A stretch of DNA of 64,000 bases. It comes from Candidatus Atabeyarchaeum deiterrae. GTDB lineage: Archaea; Asgardarchaeota; Atabeyarchaeia; Atabeyarchaeales; Atabeyarchaeaceae. The DNA is taken from NCBI GenBank assembly GCA_037310415.1, contig CP147780.1:584701-648700 (forward strand), given 5' to 3'. The notes beneath the pieces were generated by a model. It was not told the origin of the DNA. It saw only the letters and a program-made list of their open reading frames with translations, and did no database searches. A program made the translations under genes and the position numbers. Positions 34,928 to 45,932 of the stretch are shown here, in pieces. How positions within the stretch are numbered: the stretch's first letter is position 1; each line of letters begins with the position of its first letter.

Positions 34928-36724
34928 CTATGCCGTGGCAGCTATGCTTGATGTTGACTTGCTTAGTAGAGATTCAAACTGCTGATCCATTCTTTTCTCA
35001 ACTTCGTCAAAGACTTCTTTGATTTTTGATTGCTCAACTATTTTGAGTCGAGCTATTTCGTCGTAGGTGCCTAGCTTAAGCACCTCACGAATTGGTGCAC
35101 CTAGATTAACCGCCCTTTTCATGTTCTCGTAGAATTTGATTACTGCTCTCAGTAACCTGTAGGACTTTGTTGGATCACAATATGAGTCGACTGGATGCAG
35201 GGCTGATTGCATCAAGTAGTCTTCTCTGATCATTCGGGCCGCCTCCAAGATCACCTTCTCAGTTTCAGGCAACGCGTCAGGCCCCACAAGTTGAACGATT
35301 TCCTTGAGTTCCTCTTCCCTTTGCAGCAAGGTCATTGCCGTCTCCCTTATTGAAGCCCATTCTGGGCTGACTTTGGCTTCGAACCATTCTCTTAGGTTAT
35401 CCTGGTATAGGCTGTAGCTTTGAAGCCAGTTTATCGCAGGGAAGTGCCTTCGGGAGGCTAGGTCCTTGTCAAGCGCCCAGAAGACCTTAACAATCCTGAG
35501 TGTGTTCACCGTGACTGGTTCTGAGAAGTCCCCGCCTGGTGGACTAACTGCTCCAGTTACACTAATGCTACCAATGCGCTCCTTGGGCCCTAGAATCACA
35601 ACTCTTCCAGCCCTCTCATAGAACTCGGACAGCCTGCTCGCGAGGTATGCGGGATACCCCTCTTCGCCTGGCATCTCTTCAAGACGACCTGATATCTCCC
35701 TTAGAGCTTCGGCCCACCTTGAAGTGCTGTCTGCCATTAGAGCAACATCGTAACCCATGTCACGGAAGTACTCAGCCATGGTGATTCCAGTGTAAATGCT
35801 TGCCTCTCTCGCTGCCACCGGCATGTTACTGGTATTTGCTATCAGCACCGTGCGCGCCATCAGAGGCTCGCCAGATCTCGGGTCAGTCAGCTTGGGGAAC
35901 TCCTCTAGAACTTCTGTCATTTCGTTTCCCCTTTCCCCGCACCCGACATAGATTATTATCTTAGCATCGGCCCATTTGGCCAATTGGTGCAGCATCACGG
36001 TTTTTCCTGTCCCGAATCCTCCAGGAATGGCCGCAGTTCCACCTTTTGCAGTCGGGAAGAATGTATCTATGATCCTTTGACCAGTAACCAATGGTGTATC
36101 GGTACTCAACTTAAACTTAATGGGACGTGCTCTTCGAACAGGCCAAGTTTGAAGGAGCGCTATTTTATTCTCTCCACCGTCAGCACTCTTAACAGTGGCT
36201 ATTGTGTCAACCAGTTTGTATTTTCCCTCATCCGCAACTTCAACTAACTCGCCTGACATACCGTAGGGAACAATTATCCTGTGTGTTACAAGTTTCGTTT
36301 CTGGAATTTCACCAACTGGTGTTCCAGGCTCCACCTTTTCACTTTTTCTCAACAATGGAATGAAATGCCACTCAGTGTCGCGGGGCAGTGCCTCCGTTAC
36401 GACGCCTCTCCTTATGAAGTCGCCAACAGCTTCCTTGATTCTAGGCAGCGGCCGCTGAATGCCATCAAAGATCTGACCGATCAGACCCGGACCCAATTCA
36501 ACTGACAATGGTCGCCCTGTAGCGATAACAGCTTCCCCCGGTTTGATCCCAGCGGTCTCCTCGTAAACCTGAATGGTGCAAACATCTCCAGATACCTTGT
36601 TCACTTCTCCGATTAATCCTTCGTCCCCTACTCTGCAGACCTCGTACATCTTAACACCGCGGAGACCTTCGGCATCAACGACTGGTCCTGAGACCCTGAT
36701 TATTTTACCATTGATTTCTGACAC
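34928..36724 (-). CDS. atpA: A-type (archaeal V-type) ATP synthase subunit A
   Basis: [15 protein letters not shown], Walker [11 protein letters not shown], and [32 protein letters not shown]. 598 aa, so no intein. Confidence 0.95.
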   Translation of the reverse strand: MSEINGKIIRVSGPVVDAEGLRGVKMYEVCRVGDEGLIGEVNKVSGDVCTIQVYEETAGIKPGEAVIATGRPLSVELGPGLIGQIFDGIQRPLPRIKEAVGDFIRRGVVTEALPRDTEWHFIPLLRKSEKVEPGTPVGEIPETKLVTHRIIVPYGMSGELVEVADEGKYKLVDTIATVKSADGGENKIALLQTWPVRRARPIKFKLSTDTPLVTGQRIIDTFFPTAKGGTAAIPGGFGTGKTVMLHQLAKWADAKIIIYVGCGERGNEMTEVLEEFPKLTDPRSGEPLMARTVLIANTSNMPVAAREASIYTGITMAEYFRDMGYDVALMADSTSRWAEALREISGRLEEMPGEEGYPAYLASRLSEFYERAGRVVILGPKERIGSISVTGAVSPPGGDFSEPVTVNTLRIVKVFWALDKDLASRRHFPAINWLQSYSLYQDNLREWFEAKVSPEWASIRETAMTLLQREEELKEIVQLVGPDALPETEKVILEAARMIREDYLMQSALHPVDSYCDPTKSYRLLRAVIKFYENMKRAVNLGAPIREVLKLGTYDEIARLKIVEQSKIKEVFDEVEKRMDQQFESLLSKSTSSIAATA

Positions 36725-36932
36725 AGCGGTTCACCTTAGTGAATTAGATTCGAGGTCATCTGGATAAGCAATAGTGGAGATGGATTAGATCACCCTTAAA
36801 ACAGTTACGGCAAGTCAAACTTATTTAAAGATTGTGAAGACGCTCTCCCCTTTGAGTCGTCAGCCATCGACTACATGATGGAGGGTTCATATATCATCAT
36901 CTCTAAGCAATTGTTTTAGAGGATAGAGTATC

Positions 36933-37280
36933 ATGCATCTCTCTGTTGAGAGACTTATGAGCACAGTTGCACTCCTGTCTTTGGCGATGGCAATTGCGCC
37001 CCGACTCTTCGTTGCTGGCTCGATATCTTCTCAGTCTCTTTACAGCCCAGTCGGCGAAGTATTGGATGATCTTCTTAGAGTGTGGATTGTTAACCTGATT
37101 GTGATCGCGCTTTCGGTGGATGATACGTCTCTTTCTCTGAGTATCATCCCCTTCCTATTCATATTTCCAGCTACACTTATAGTCTGTATGGCTGACAGTC
37201 AGGCGTTTTTGAGAATCATGGGATTGGCCCTTTTGACCATTGTGTTCGCTATAGCTCGGTACGTAGCCAATCTGGTTTAA
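36933..37280 (+). CDS. Small membrane protein
   Basis: 115-aa ORF with three to four hydrophobic helices. No motif. Confidence 0.4.
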   Translation: MHLSVERLMSTVALLSLAMAIAPRLFVAGSISSQSLYSPVGEVLDDLLRVWIVNLIVIALSVDDTSLSLSIIPFLFIFPATLIVCMADSQAFLRIMGLALLTIVFAIARYVANLV

Positions 37281-37463
37281 GGTCTTTTGAAGCCTGAGCC
37301 ATCTAGTCTGAGTTGGATTGTTCACTTTTATGCCACCCTCTTCAAACATTTAAAGTACCAGTCTACTGTGATTGTGGAATCAGTGTCTCGGTGGAGGTCT
37401 GAACTTCGCGCAAAGATAGGGGAACGAATAGAAGCCAGTCAGCCTCTAAGGACGTGAATAGAG

Positions 37464-37775
37464 GTGATATTGAAACTGACGAAGACTGCTCCCCTAGACA
37501 TAGAGGAAGTGCTTGCATCAAAGAGCAGAATCAGGATACTTAGAGTGTTGGCTATGAAGGGACCTCTTAACATCACTGAGATCAGAAAGTGCACAAAACT
37601 TAACTACAAATCCATATCCAGAGCCTTAGAGGCTCTCAAGCAGATGAGAGTAATCGGAGAACTATCCATAGATCGAACGCGCAACTTCCGAGTGAAAGTA
37701 GAGAATGCCGAGACCTCGGCGCTGGTGGAACTGATCAAACGCCTCGCCAATCTTGAGAGAACTCGTAGTGGATGA
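37464..37775 (+). CDS. ArsR-like winged-helix transcriptional regulator
   Basis: SKSRIRILRVLAMKGPLNITEIRKCTKLNYKSISRALEALK. GTG start. Confidence 0.6.
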   Translation: MILKLTKTAPLDIEEVLASKSRIRILRVLAMKGPLNITEIRKCTKLNYKSISRALEALKQMRVIGELSIDRTRNFRVKVENAETSALVELIKRLANLERTRSG

Positions 37776-37981
37776 ATAGAACAGGAAAACAGATCCTAGA
37801 GCAGATGAACCTCATCTGCCTGAGTAGTTTACACCCAGCTAGCACCTAAAATATAAGACCTAAGAGCATCCTTATCAAATTGCGAGACAGATCTCCAAAG
37901 ACTCTTTCAAACATACTGGAGGGATAACTCATTACAGAGGAATCTGATATTCAGGAAGAGAATTCAAAAGGCGTTAAGACT

Positions 37982-38908
37982 TTGACCGATCTCCCCGGTG
38001 TCGGTCCCGCAATCGCCAAGAAACTAGTTGAAGCAGGGTACCGCCGAGTAGAATCAATAGCAGTAGCAGCAGTCCAAGAATTATCAAAGATAGCGGACAT
38101 AGGCGCTAACACAGCTCAGAAGATCATAGAAGAGGCACGTAAGGTTCTCGAAATCGGCTTCGAGACAGCAGAAGAAATCTTTAAACGCAGAAAGAATGTA
38201 GGGCGAATCATCACAAGCTCGAAGAACCTTGACACACTCCTGGGCGGAGGAGTTGAAACTCAGTCAATAACTGAAGCTTACGGCGAATACAGAACTGGAA
38301 AAACCCAGATCGCTCACCAGTTATCTGTAAACATACAACTTCCAGTCGAAAAAGGCGGACTGGAAGCCGGAGCACTCTATGTAGATTGTGAAGGAACCTT
38401 CAGACCAGAGCGCATCTACCAAATGGCGCTCGGACAAAAACTCGACCCAACCAAGGTTCTCAAGAACATAATAATCGCAAGAGCTTACAATTCCGACCAC
38501 CAAGTCCTGCTGGTTCACCAATCCGAAGAATTCGTTGAAGAGAAGAACATCAGGTTGATAGTGGTCGATTCAATAGTCGGGCACTTCCGCGCCGAATATA
38601 TTGGGCGTGAAAGATTAGCAGAGCGCCAACAGAAACTAAACAGACATCTGCATGAACTGCAAAGGCTCGCCGACATACATGGAGTCGCAGTATTCGTTAC
38701 GAACCAAGTCATGGCTAAACCAGACGTTTTCTTCGGAGACCCCACTCAACCAGTTGGTGGTCACGTACTTGCACACGTGCCTCAGACACGGCTTTACCTC
38801 AGAAGATCTAAGGGAAACATAAGAATCTGCAGACTAGTCGATAGTTCATATCTACCGGAAGGCGAAGCAGTCTTCGTGATCACAGAAGAAGGAATAAAAG
38901 ACCAGTAG
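37982..38908 (+). CDS. radA: DNA repair and recombination protein RadA
   Basis: HhH LTDLPGVGPAIAKKL, Walker A GEYRTGKTQ, Walker B LIVVDS. TTG start. The frame closes at 37925, so only TTG 37982 or a rare ATT at 37931 is possible. Confidence 0.9.
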   Translation: MTDLPGVGPAIAKKLVEAGYRRVESIAVAAVQELSKIADIGANTAQKIIEEARKVLEIGFETAEEIFKRRKNVGRIITSSKNLDTLLGGGVETQSITEAYGEYRTGKTQIAHQLSVNIQLPVEKGGLEAGALYVDCEGTFRPERIYQMALGQKLDPTKVLKNIIIARAYNSDHQVLLVHQSEEFVEEKNIRLIVVDSIVGHFRAEYIGRERLAERQQKLNRHLHELQRLADIHGVAVFVTNQVMAKPDVFFGDPTQPVGGHVLAHVPQTRLYLRRSKGNIRICRLVDSSYLPEGEAVFVITEEGIKDQ

Positions 38909-38956
38909 AGCCCCGTGAGGGTTCGCACTTCATTTTCTCTGCTCGAAAATCAAGCA

Positions 38957-39066
38957 TGGCGGGCCCGGAGGGATTTGAACCCACGACCACCGGCTGTCCG
39001 CAGATGCGCCAATTATCTCCAAGCACTTCGCAGGCCGGCGCCCTATCCTGACTAGGCCACGGGCCC
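38957..39066 (-). tRNA. tRNA-Arg(GCG) with a 32-nt intron at the canonical 37/38 position
   Basis: Reverse strand folds as GGGCCCG-UG-GCCU-AGUCAGGAUA-GGGC-G-CCGGC-CUGCGA[intron]A-GCCGG-UGGUC-GUGGG-UUCAAAU-CCCUC-CGGGCCC-G-CCA. One U-U mismatch in the T stem. Confidence 0.8.
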
Positions 39067-39270
39067 TTCACGAGACAATTCAGTTAAAGACTAGATCGGT
39101 CAGAGTTTAATACCTTTTCTTTCTCAGAAAGCAACTCTCCGCAAATCCCTAAAAGCAATTATTGCAATACCAGTACCATAACGGGAGTAGTTACTTTCAT
39201 CCAGGCTAAGCTTCACCTTCTTCCTACAGAAAGACTGACTCCCACCCAGCACTGAGGAGTTGTAAGCGGT

Positions 39271-40029
39271 TTGGAGGAAGAGACACCATCAAGCACCTCA
39301 CACTTGAAGGAGATAACGCTGAGAATAAGAGTCGTTGAGTTTCTGAAACTGCTAAAGAGAACTCACACCTACAGAGAACTATCGCGCGCTTCGGGGTTAC
39401 CAGTTACCGTGCTAAACAGGTACATCAAAGGAAGAGTAATACCAAGTCAAGGCAGAGCCAATCTGTTGCTCAGAACCTTTCGAGACATGTTCGATCTGTC
39501 ATCGGAAGTGAAAGGCAGAATTGTTTTCGACAAGAATGGATATCTTGACAATACTCCCCTCCTCAGTGACACGCTGCTATCCCGGGCCATAGCAGGAGAA
39601 GTCGCAAAGAGATTTGCAAACAAGAAGATAACCAAGGTACTATGTCCCGCCGTAGACGGAATCCCCATCGCGGTTCATATCGCAAATGAACTCGGCGTCG
39701 ACTTAATCATCGCTAAGAAGGCAAAGGAGGTTGGCATTGAGAGTTTTATTGAGGAGAGTTATATCCCAAGTTATTCGGGAGTGATGATGAGTCTTTATCT
39801 CCCAAAGAAAGCATTGTCATCCAAGGACAAGGTAGTCATAATCGATGACGTCATTCGGTCAGGAGAAACCCAACGAGCACTAATCAATTTGGCTGACAAA
39901 GTTGGAGCAGCAGTCGTGGGGATATTCATCTTAGTCTCCATAGGCAACTTATGGGAAACAGAGCTGAAATTACCTTCTACGTGCCAGATGGAGATCCTTG
40001 TGAAACTGCCCGTACCGACTCATTCCTGA
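39271..40029 (+). CDS. HTH + phosphoribosyltransferase-domain protein (PurR/GfcR-like regulator)
   Basis: N-terminal HTH (YRELSRASGLPVTVLNRYIKG) and PRPP-binding loop VVIIDDVIRSGET. Confidence 0.65.
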   Translation: MEEETPSSTSHLKEITLRIRVVEFLKLLKRTHTYRELSRASGLPVTVLNRYIKGRVIPSQGRANLLLRTFRDMFDLSSEVKGRIVFDKNGYLDNTPLLSDTLLSRAIAGEVAKRFANKKITKVLCPAVDGIPIAVHIANELGVDLIIAKKAKEVGIESFIEESYIPSYSGVMMSLYLPKKALSSKDKVVIIDDVIRSGETQRALINLADKVGAAVVGIFILVSIGNLWETELKLPSTCQMEILVKLPVPTHS

Positions 40030-40514
40030 CCTATTCTTAAGAGAACTTTGCGCAACAATCCCACCAAAGAAATGATACCTTTCATAACTGGATCAGAAAT
40101 ACCTCTCCCAAACTCGAGTCTCAATGGTTCGATCCCTAGCACAACAACCTTTGCGTCCAACTCATTCTGCAAGTAGTCAATAAGAAGCGACAAAGGAAGA
40201 ACATGTGTAGAGAAACTCAAACCAGCTATGTCATCCTTCTCTACTATCCCAACGGAACCAGGCTGCAGCCCCATCTCCGCAACATCGACTATTAGTACAT
40301 GAGAAGGGTGATACTTACGAATGGCGGCAGTAAAATTCTCTGGTGTCGCCCCAGCTTCTATGATACGTACACCTCTCTGCAGATACCCTTCCTCCTTCAA
40401 CCGCCTAGCCAGCTCAACACCGCCTCCATCGTCGCCCTTAAGTTCGTTTCCCACACCTAGCACAAGCAGACGACTAGCCCCCCGTAATCTTTCTAACAAT
40501 ACATCTTCAAGCAA
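40020..40514 (-). CDS. Hydrogenase maturation protease (HycI/HyaD family)
   Basis: LLVLGVGNELKGDDGGG motif, 164 aa. Confidence 0.75.
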   Translation of the reverse strand: MLEDVLLERLRGASRLLVLGVGNELKGDDGGGVELARRLKEEGYLQRGVRIIEAGATPENFTAAIRKYHPSHVLIVDVAEMGLQPGSVGIVEKDDIAGLSFSTHVLPLSLLIDYLQNELDAKVVVLGIEPLRLEFGRGISDPVMKGIISLVGLLRKVLLRIGQE

Positions 40515-40618
40515 CTACTCGAACACCACTAAACATTAAAAAGGCATCATCGCTGTTTTAATCTTGACCTTAACCCCGAGTCTCACTTTATAGGTTAACC
40601 TCCAAGAGGAAGAGCAAA

Positions 40619-41215
40619 ATGGCAGAAGAACCTTTTGGCGAGAAAAGCGAGGAAGAACCAGAAAAACAGGAAATTGAGGAAGCCCCGATTCCAGAGAAAC
40701 CCAAGGCTTTTCTCTCTGATTTACAGACCATCATAAAGAAAGGCGTGGAAGACGTATACAACCGAGGTTTCTACGGCACAAAACAAGAAGACGGAACGCT
40801 ACTGCTATCACCAGTAGAGACCATGTTCTCTCTTGAAAGAAACAGAATCGAATTACACGACGAGAGGACTGGAACTCAGATAGATCTCTACGAGTACCTG
40901 CAAAGACTATATGACAAACACCAAGATCTGTGGACACAGTACCTAGTCTACAGAGACTTAAGAAGCAGAGGATACATCGTGAAGCAAGGTCTCAGTGAGG
41001 AGATCCCTTTCAGAGTGTATCCGAGGGGGAGCGAAATCGGCAAAGACACCTCCAAGTATCTGATCTACATAGTTAAAGAAGGCGTACCGATCGAGTTAAG
41101 CAAACTCGACAAAGCAACAACGACAGTAAAAGGCATAGGAAAGAAACTAATACTCGCCGTACTCAACAGACAAGGGGAAGCAACTTATTACCAGATCTCA
41201 CAAGTAAGCATTTGA
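40619..41215 (+). CDS. endA: tRNA-splicing endonuclease
   Basis: YLVYRDLRSRGYIVKQG and FRVYPRG catalytic-domain motifs, 198 aa. Confidence 0.8.
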   Translation: MAEEPFGEKSEEEPEKQEIEEAPIPEKPKAFLSDLQTIIKKGVEDVYNRGFYGTKQEDGTLLLSPVETMFSLERNRIELHDERTGTQIDLYEYLQRLYDKHQDLWTQYLVYRDLRSRGYIVKQGLSEEIPFRVYPRGSEIGKDTSKYLIYIVKEGVPIELSKLDKATTTVKGIGKKLILAVLNRQGEATYYQISQVSI

Positions 41216-41223
41216 AATTCAAA

Positions 41224-42372
41224 CTAAGGTTTCTTGGCTATGAATGAACTAGGCATTTTGATAACATCAGCCTTCACGATTCGATCCCTGATTTTCACCC
41301 CAACAATCGCACCCTTCTTCGCAAACTTCCTCTTCACGTACGCCACCGCTATTCCCTTTTCAAGAACAGGAGAGTACGTCCCACTCGTGACACGACCGAT
41401 CACTTGCCCTGCCCGAACGATATCGTAGCCACTTCGCGGAATTCCTTTGTCTAGGAGAATCAATCCGATTCGAAGACGCCTAATTCCCATCCGTCTCTGT
41501 CTGAGTAACGCTTTCTTACCAATGAAAGATTTTTTCTTGAACTTCACGAAGAATTTCAATCTAGCTTCCAAGGGGGTTGTATGCTCATCAATATCCTGAC
41601 CATACAAGGGCATACCAGCCTCCAGTCTAAGAGTATCTCTGCAGCCCAATGCACAGGGCTTTATCCCGAATTCCTGCCCTGCGCTCAATATGGCTTCGAA
41701 TAGCTTAACCGCCTTAGCAGATTCATGAAATGGAACGCCGAACACACAAACCTCGAACCCGTCCTCACCAGTATATCCCGTTCTCGAGATCAGAACATTA
41801 AGCCCTCCAAGCTCAGTTTTCTTCACCGCAAATCTGGAAATCTCGTCAAGCTTCTCTGCAGTTAATTTCTGTAGAGCCGCTTCAGCCTTCTGCCCTTGCA
41901 CCGCAAACATGGGAGTAGAATCCGAGATGTTTTCGACTAGGACGTCGTACTTCTTGCTGCGTTTCATGACCCAGTCGAGATCCTTTTCTCTGTTAGAAGC
42001 ATTTACAACAACATAGAATTCATGGCGATCATATCGATACACGAACAGGTCATCAATTATGCCGCCATCAGGCCTGCACATCAAAGTGTACTCTGAGAGT
42101 CCCGTCTTTAGTCGTGTGAAATCATTCGTGGTCAAGTGGTTAATAAAGCGACGTGAATCTGGCCCAGTCACCTTGAATCTACCCATATGAGTTATGTCGA
42201 AGATGCCAACAGATTTTCTTACTGCCATGTGTTCTGCGACAATTCCAGTATTGTCGTACCAGAGAGGCATTTGAAAACCTGCGAATACGCTCATATGTCC
42301 CCCGTGAGAGACATGCCAGTTGTAAAGGTGGGTCTTCCGAGCCTCTTGCCCTTTGGACAAGGCAATCACCAC
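41224..42372 (-). CDS. gcvT: Glycine cleavage system aminomethyltransferase T
   Basis: THLYNWHVSHGGHMSVFAGFQMPLWY, VGIFDITHMGRF, and the C-terminal barrel. Confidence 0.9.
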   Translation of the reverse strand: MVIALSKGQEARKTHLYNWHVSHGGHMSVFAGFQMPLWYDNTGIVAEHMAVRKSVGIFDITHMGRFKVTGPDSRRFINHLTTNDFTRLKTGLSEYTLMCRPDGGIIDDLFVYRYDRHEFYVVVNASNREKDLDWVMKRSKKYDVLVENISDSTPMFAVQGQKAEAALQKLTAEKLDEISRFAVKKTELGGLNVLISRTGYTGEDGFEVCVFGVPFHESAKAVKLFEAILSAGQEFGIKPCALGCRDTLRLEAGMPLYGQDIDEHTTPLEARLKFFVKFKKKSFIGKKALLRQRRMGIRRLRIGLILLDKGIPRSGYDIVRAGQVIGRVTSGTYSPVLEKGIAVAYVKRKFAKKGAIVGVKIRDRIVKADVIKMPSSFIAKKP

Positions 42373-42510
42373 TAATAGAACCTTGGGATTTGGTTATTAA
42401 CGATTTCTCATGAGTTTCCTGTTACAGAAGCTTAAGACAATTGTAAGGTGAGGAAAAGGAAAAGAGTAAGAGCGCTTCTTCACTAGACCCCGAAAGACAG
42501 ATGTCACTTC

Positions 42511-43377
42511 GTGTACCATATTTCAACCGTTGTTGGTTGTGCCCTGAAACAGGAGGAGATAAGACTGGAGATAATCCCCATACATCCTGGCATGATAGAA
42601 TTCAATGATAACGTGATCGAGAGAATGCTCCAAGCACTGAACAAAGATGGATTTAGAATTATGGACAGCGACATTCTAGCCGTCACTTCAAAGGTGATTT
42701 CAGTATCAGAAGGACGAGTCGTAGAGTTAGACAAGGTTACTCCTTCCAGAAAAGCTTACAGTCTGTCCAGGAAATACAAAGTACTGCCCGAGATAAGCGA
42801 ACTCATAATTAGAGAGGCGGATATGATAATTGGAGGCATGGATGGAGTCATCCTGACTATCAAGAACAACTCACTTATAGCGAACGCTGGCATAGACAAA
42901 AAGAACGCTGGGCAAGGAAAAGTCGTTCTGCACCCACGTGATTCACCCAAAGCAGCTAAACGCATAAGGACAGATATCCTAAACAAGACAGGGAAAAAAA
43001 TCGGAGTCATCATAGCCGACACCAGAACCCAGCCTCTTAGAATAGGAGTTATCGGAATAGCTCTAGCTGTTAGTGGCTTCGAGCCAATAGTTGACGAAAG
43101 AGGCAGATCGGATCTTTTTGGCAGACCACTGCAGGTGACTAAGAGAGCGTTAGCAGACCAACTGGCCACAGCCGCAGAGATCTTGATGGGTGAAACAAAC
43201 GAATGCACGCCAGCTGTTCTGATCAGAGGTGCACCCGTGACCTTGAATGATCTAACACCATTGCCCAAGATGCAATACGTACCCCCTGATGAGTGTTTCT
43301 ACACAAAGATACTCTCCAGACTAAGAAGAAGATCACAGAGCAAAGACGTCAAACCACACAGAGATAGAAATGCATGA
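42511..43377 (+). CDS. cofE: Coenzyme F420-0:L-glutamate ligase-like protein
   Basis: VTSKVISVSEGR, ANAGIDKKNAG and IIADTRTQPLRIGVIGIALAVSG motifs. GTG start uncertain. Confidence 0.7.
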   Translation: MYHISTVVGCALKQEEIRLEIIPIHPGMIEFNDNVIERMLQALNKDGFRIMDSDILAVTSKVISVSEGRVVELDKVTPSRKAYSLSRKYKVLPEISELIIREADMIIGGMDGVILTIKNNSLIANAGIDKKNAGQGKVVLHPRDSPKAAKRIRTDILNKTGKKIGVIIADTRTQPLRIGVIGIALAVSGFEPIVDERGRSDLFGRPLQVTKRALADQLATAAEILMGETNECTPAVLIRGAPVTLNDLTPLPKMQYVPPDECFYTKILSRLRRRSQSKDVKPHRDRNA

Positions 43378-43419
43378 GGTTATCTGCTGAAGCGATTTAC
43401 AAGCGGGTGAAGAAGGAAG

Positions 43420-45549
43420 GTGCCTAGATCGAAGACAGGGAATGGATTCAGTTTGATCATAGCAGAGAAACCAGATGCCGCAAGACGCATAGCAGCTGCT
43501 CTTAGTCAAGCGACTCTTGACAACCCAAAAAGAGGCGAACTGCCACTTTACGAGATTAACAGAAACGGCGACAGAATAAAGGTCATGTCTGCGCTTGGTC
43601 ATCTTTACACATTGAAGCAATCCGGAAAAGGATGGGATTACCCAGTTTTTGAAATGGAGTGGGTACCAAAGTATGAAGTAGAAAAGTCTTCTATCGATAC
43701 CAAACCGTTTATAGAGAAATTCCGCGAGCTCTCAGCAGATGCCGAATCGTTCATTGTAGCAACAGATTACGATATTGAAGGAGAGACAATAGCATACTGT
43801 ATACTCAAATACGCGTGTGGCGAGGACGCTCTGAACAAGGCTAGAAGGATGAAATTCTCGACCTTGACGGACAAAGAACTGATCGAAGCCTATGAGCACA
43901 CGGCACCTCAAATCAACTTTCGAATGGCTGAAGCCGGGGAAGTCAGGCACAGAGTCGATTGGCTGTTTGGGATAAATATCTCTCGAGCCATGATTCTTGC
44001 CATAAAGCATGGCACAGGTAAATACAGGACCATGAGCACAGGACGTGTTCAGGGACCAACTCTTACATACATAGCCAATAGGGAAGCAGCAATAAGAAGC
44101 TTCGTACCGACCCCGTATTGGACGATCAATGCAGAGGCACAGATCAACGGAAAGATCTTTCCATTGGCTTACTCAAAGAATCGGATTTCCACCAAGAGCG
44201 AAGCCCTGCAAATCATTAACCAATGCCATAATAAGAAAGGCAACATCAAGGAGATCGCGAAGAGCTATCTCAAGATCCCCCCTCCATATCCATTTGATCT
44301 AGGTTCACTTCAGGCTGAAGCATACAAGTTGTTTGGCTTTGCCCCAAGCAGAGCGCTGTCGATAGCAGAGAGGCTGTACCTTGCCGCACTAATCTCGTAT
44401 CCAAGGACAGGAAGCCAGAAGATCCCCCAGTCAGTAGATGCGAGAGGCATCTTTCAATCCTTAACTCAACTCCCACAATACAAGTCACTTGCGACGGAAC
44501 TGGCAACTAAGGAGAAACTGGTTCCAAATCAAGGAAGTAAGGATGACCCAGCTCACCCACCAATAACCCCAACAGGAATATTGCCACCAAGGAACGGACT
44601 GCTAGAACCTGAGAGGAAGCTCTATGACCTAGTGGTTCGGCGATTCATGGCAGTTTACGGCAACCCCGCAACAAGTGAGAACATCACAGCAAGTGTAGAT
44701 ATTGATGGGCAGACCTTCTACCTTAAGGGCAGAAGGATATTTGAGATAGGCTGGGTGAAGTTTTATGGGCCCTATTTCAGAACTGAAGAAATCTTATTGC
44801 CTGAGTTACAAAAAGGGCAACCCATTGAAAAGATACGCACACACATCGACGAAAAATCCACTAGTCCTCCCCCAAGATACAACCCTAGCTCGTTGTTGAA
44901 GCTCATGGAAGAGCAAGAAATCGGGACAAAAGCAACACGAGCAGAAATAATGGATACTCTAGCACGACGCGGGTATGTGACTGGTGAGCGCATAGCTATA
45001 ACCGAGCTTGGTTTCGCTGTCGTGGATGTCTTGAGAAAATACGCACCACAGGTGCTCTCCGTTGACATGACCCGACAACTTGAGAAAGATATGGAGAGAA
45101 TCCAATTTGGAGAACTTAGGGGGGAAGAAGTATTTTCGAAAGCCGTATCGTTTCTTAAACCGATTCTTCGAAATTTCAAAGCGATGGAGAAAACAATCGG
45201 AACTGATCTGGATAAGGCTCTGCAGAAAGTCGTCAGAAAGTCAACTGCGATTGGGGCTTGCCCAGTGTGTAAAACAGGGCAGCTTATTATTATAAAATCA
45301 AAGAAGACAGGAAAAAGATTCATAGGTTGCACGAATTACCAGAACGCCCTGTGCAGATTCAGCGCGCCACTTCCACAGTCTGGCGCAATCCAGACGACGC
45401 AAAAACCTTGCCAGTCTTGTGGGTTCCCCACCATCATAGTAAGAATGAGAGGAAAACGACCATGGCAACTCTGCATCAATGGCAAATGCGAGAGAAACCT
45501 CAATAAGCGAGCCGCAAAGACTGCCACTCCGCCCGCTCCATCTGACTGA
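43420..45549 (+). CDS. topA: DNA topoisomerase I (type IA)
   Basis: Toprim LIIAEKPDAARRIA, active-site region LISYPRTGSQ, and C-terminal zinc ribbons (CPVCKTG, CTNYQNALC, CQSCG). Confidence 0.9.
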   Translation: MPRSKTGNGFSLIIAEKPDAARRIAAALSQATLDNPKRGELPLYEINRNGDRIKVMSALGHLYTLKQSGKGWDYPVFEMEWVPKYEVEKSSIDTKPFIEKFRELSADAESFIVATDYDIEGETIAYCILKYACGEDALNKARRMKFSTLTDKELIEAYEHTAPQINFRMAEAGEVRHRVDWLFGINISRAMILAIKHGTGKYRTMSTGRVQGPTLTYIANREAAIRSFVPTPYWTINAEAQINGKIFPLAYSKNRISTKSEALQIINQCHNKKGNIKEIAKSYLKIPPPYPFDLGSLQAEAYKLFGFAPSRALSIAERLYLAALISYPRTGSQKIPQSVDARGIFQSLTQLPQYKSLATELATKEKLVPNQGSKDDPAHPPITPTGILPPRNGLLEPERKLYDLVVRRFMAVYGNPATSENITASVDIDGQTFYLKGRRIFEIGWVKFYGPYFRTEEILLPELQKGQPIEKIRTHIDEKSTSPPPRYNPSSLLKLMEEQEIGTKATRAEIMDTLARRGYVTGERIAITELGFAVVDVLRKYAPQVLSVDMTRQLEKDMERIQFGELRGEEVFSKAVSFLKPILRNFKAMEKTIGTDLDKALQKVVRKSTAIGACPVCKTGQLIIIKSKKTGKRFIGCTNYQNALCRFSAPLPQSGAIQTTQKPCQSCGFPTIIVRMRGKRPWQLCINGKCERNLNKRAAKTATPPAPSD

Positions 45550-45555
45550 TTACTC

Positions 45556-45825
45556 TCAGAATCCCCCTTCTGAGCCCTCTCTGAGCAGATACTCCGCAAC
45601 TTCAATGACCCATTCTCCCGAACTACCGTTTGCCGCAAGCGACTGAAGGTAATTGCGCTTGACGAGCGCTCCATATGCCTTCAACCATTGCTGGTAGTGT
45701 TGCCGAACATTGTTAAGAGCCGCTTGGTGAGATTGACAGAAAACCTCCTCCTCAAGACCCAACATAGCCTTACAAATGCGACATCTCAGTCCATCTCTGT
45801 CAATGTGAGCATTCACTACAAGCAC
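45556..45825 (-). CDS. Small Cys-containing hypothetical protein
   Basis: 89-aa ORF with CRIC...CQSH. No family recognised. Confidence 0.4.
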   Translation of the reverse strand: MLVVNAHIDRDGLRCRICKAMLGLEEEVFCQSHQAALNNVRQHYQQWLKAYGALVKRNYLQSLAANGSSGEWVIEVAEYLLREGSEGGF

Positions 45826-45932
45826 CTTACATCAGCCCATCTGTGGTGATCGTGTCGGCGAAAAACGCTAATATTACGTCAGATTTATAAACTTCACCAG
45901 TCAATGAGTTAAAGCCAAAGAAGAAGCTGAAA

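Noticed and set aside
42756-45332. Antisense ORFs of 170 aa (in cofE) and 186 aa (in topA).
   Set aside because: These are shadow ORFs with no motifs. The sense frames carry clear family signatures.
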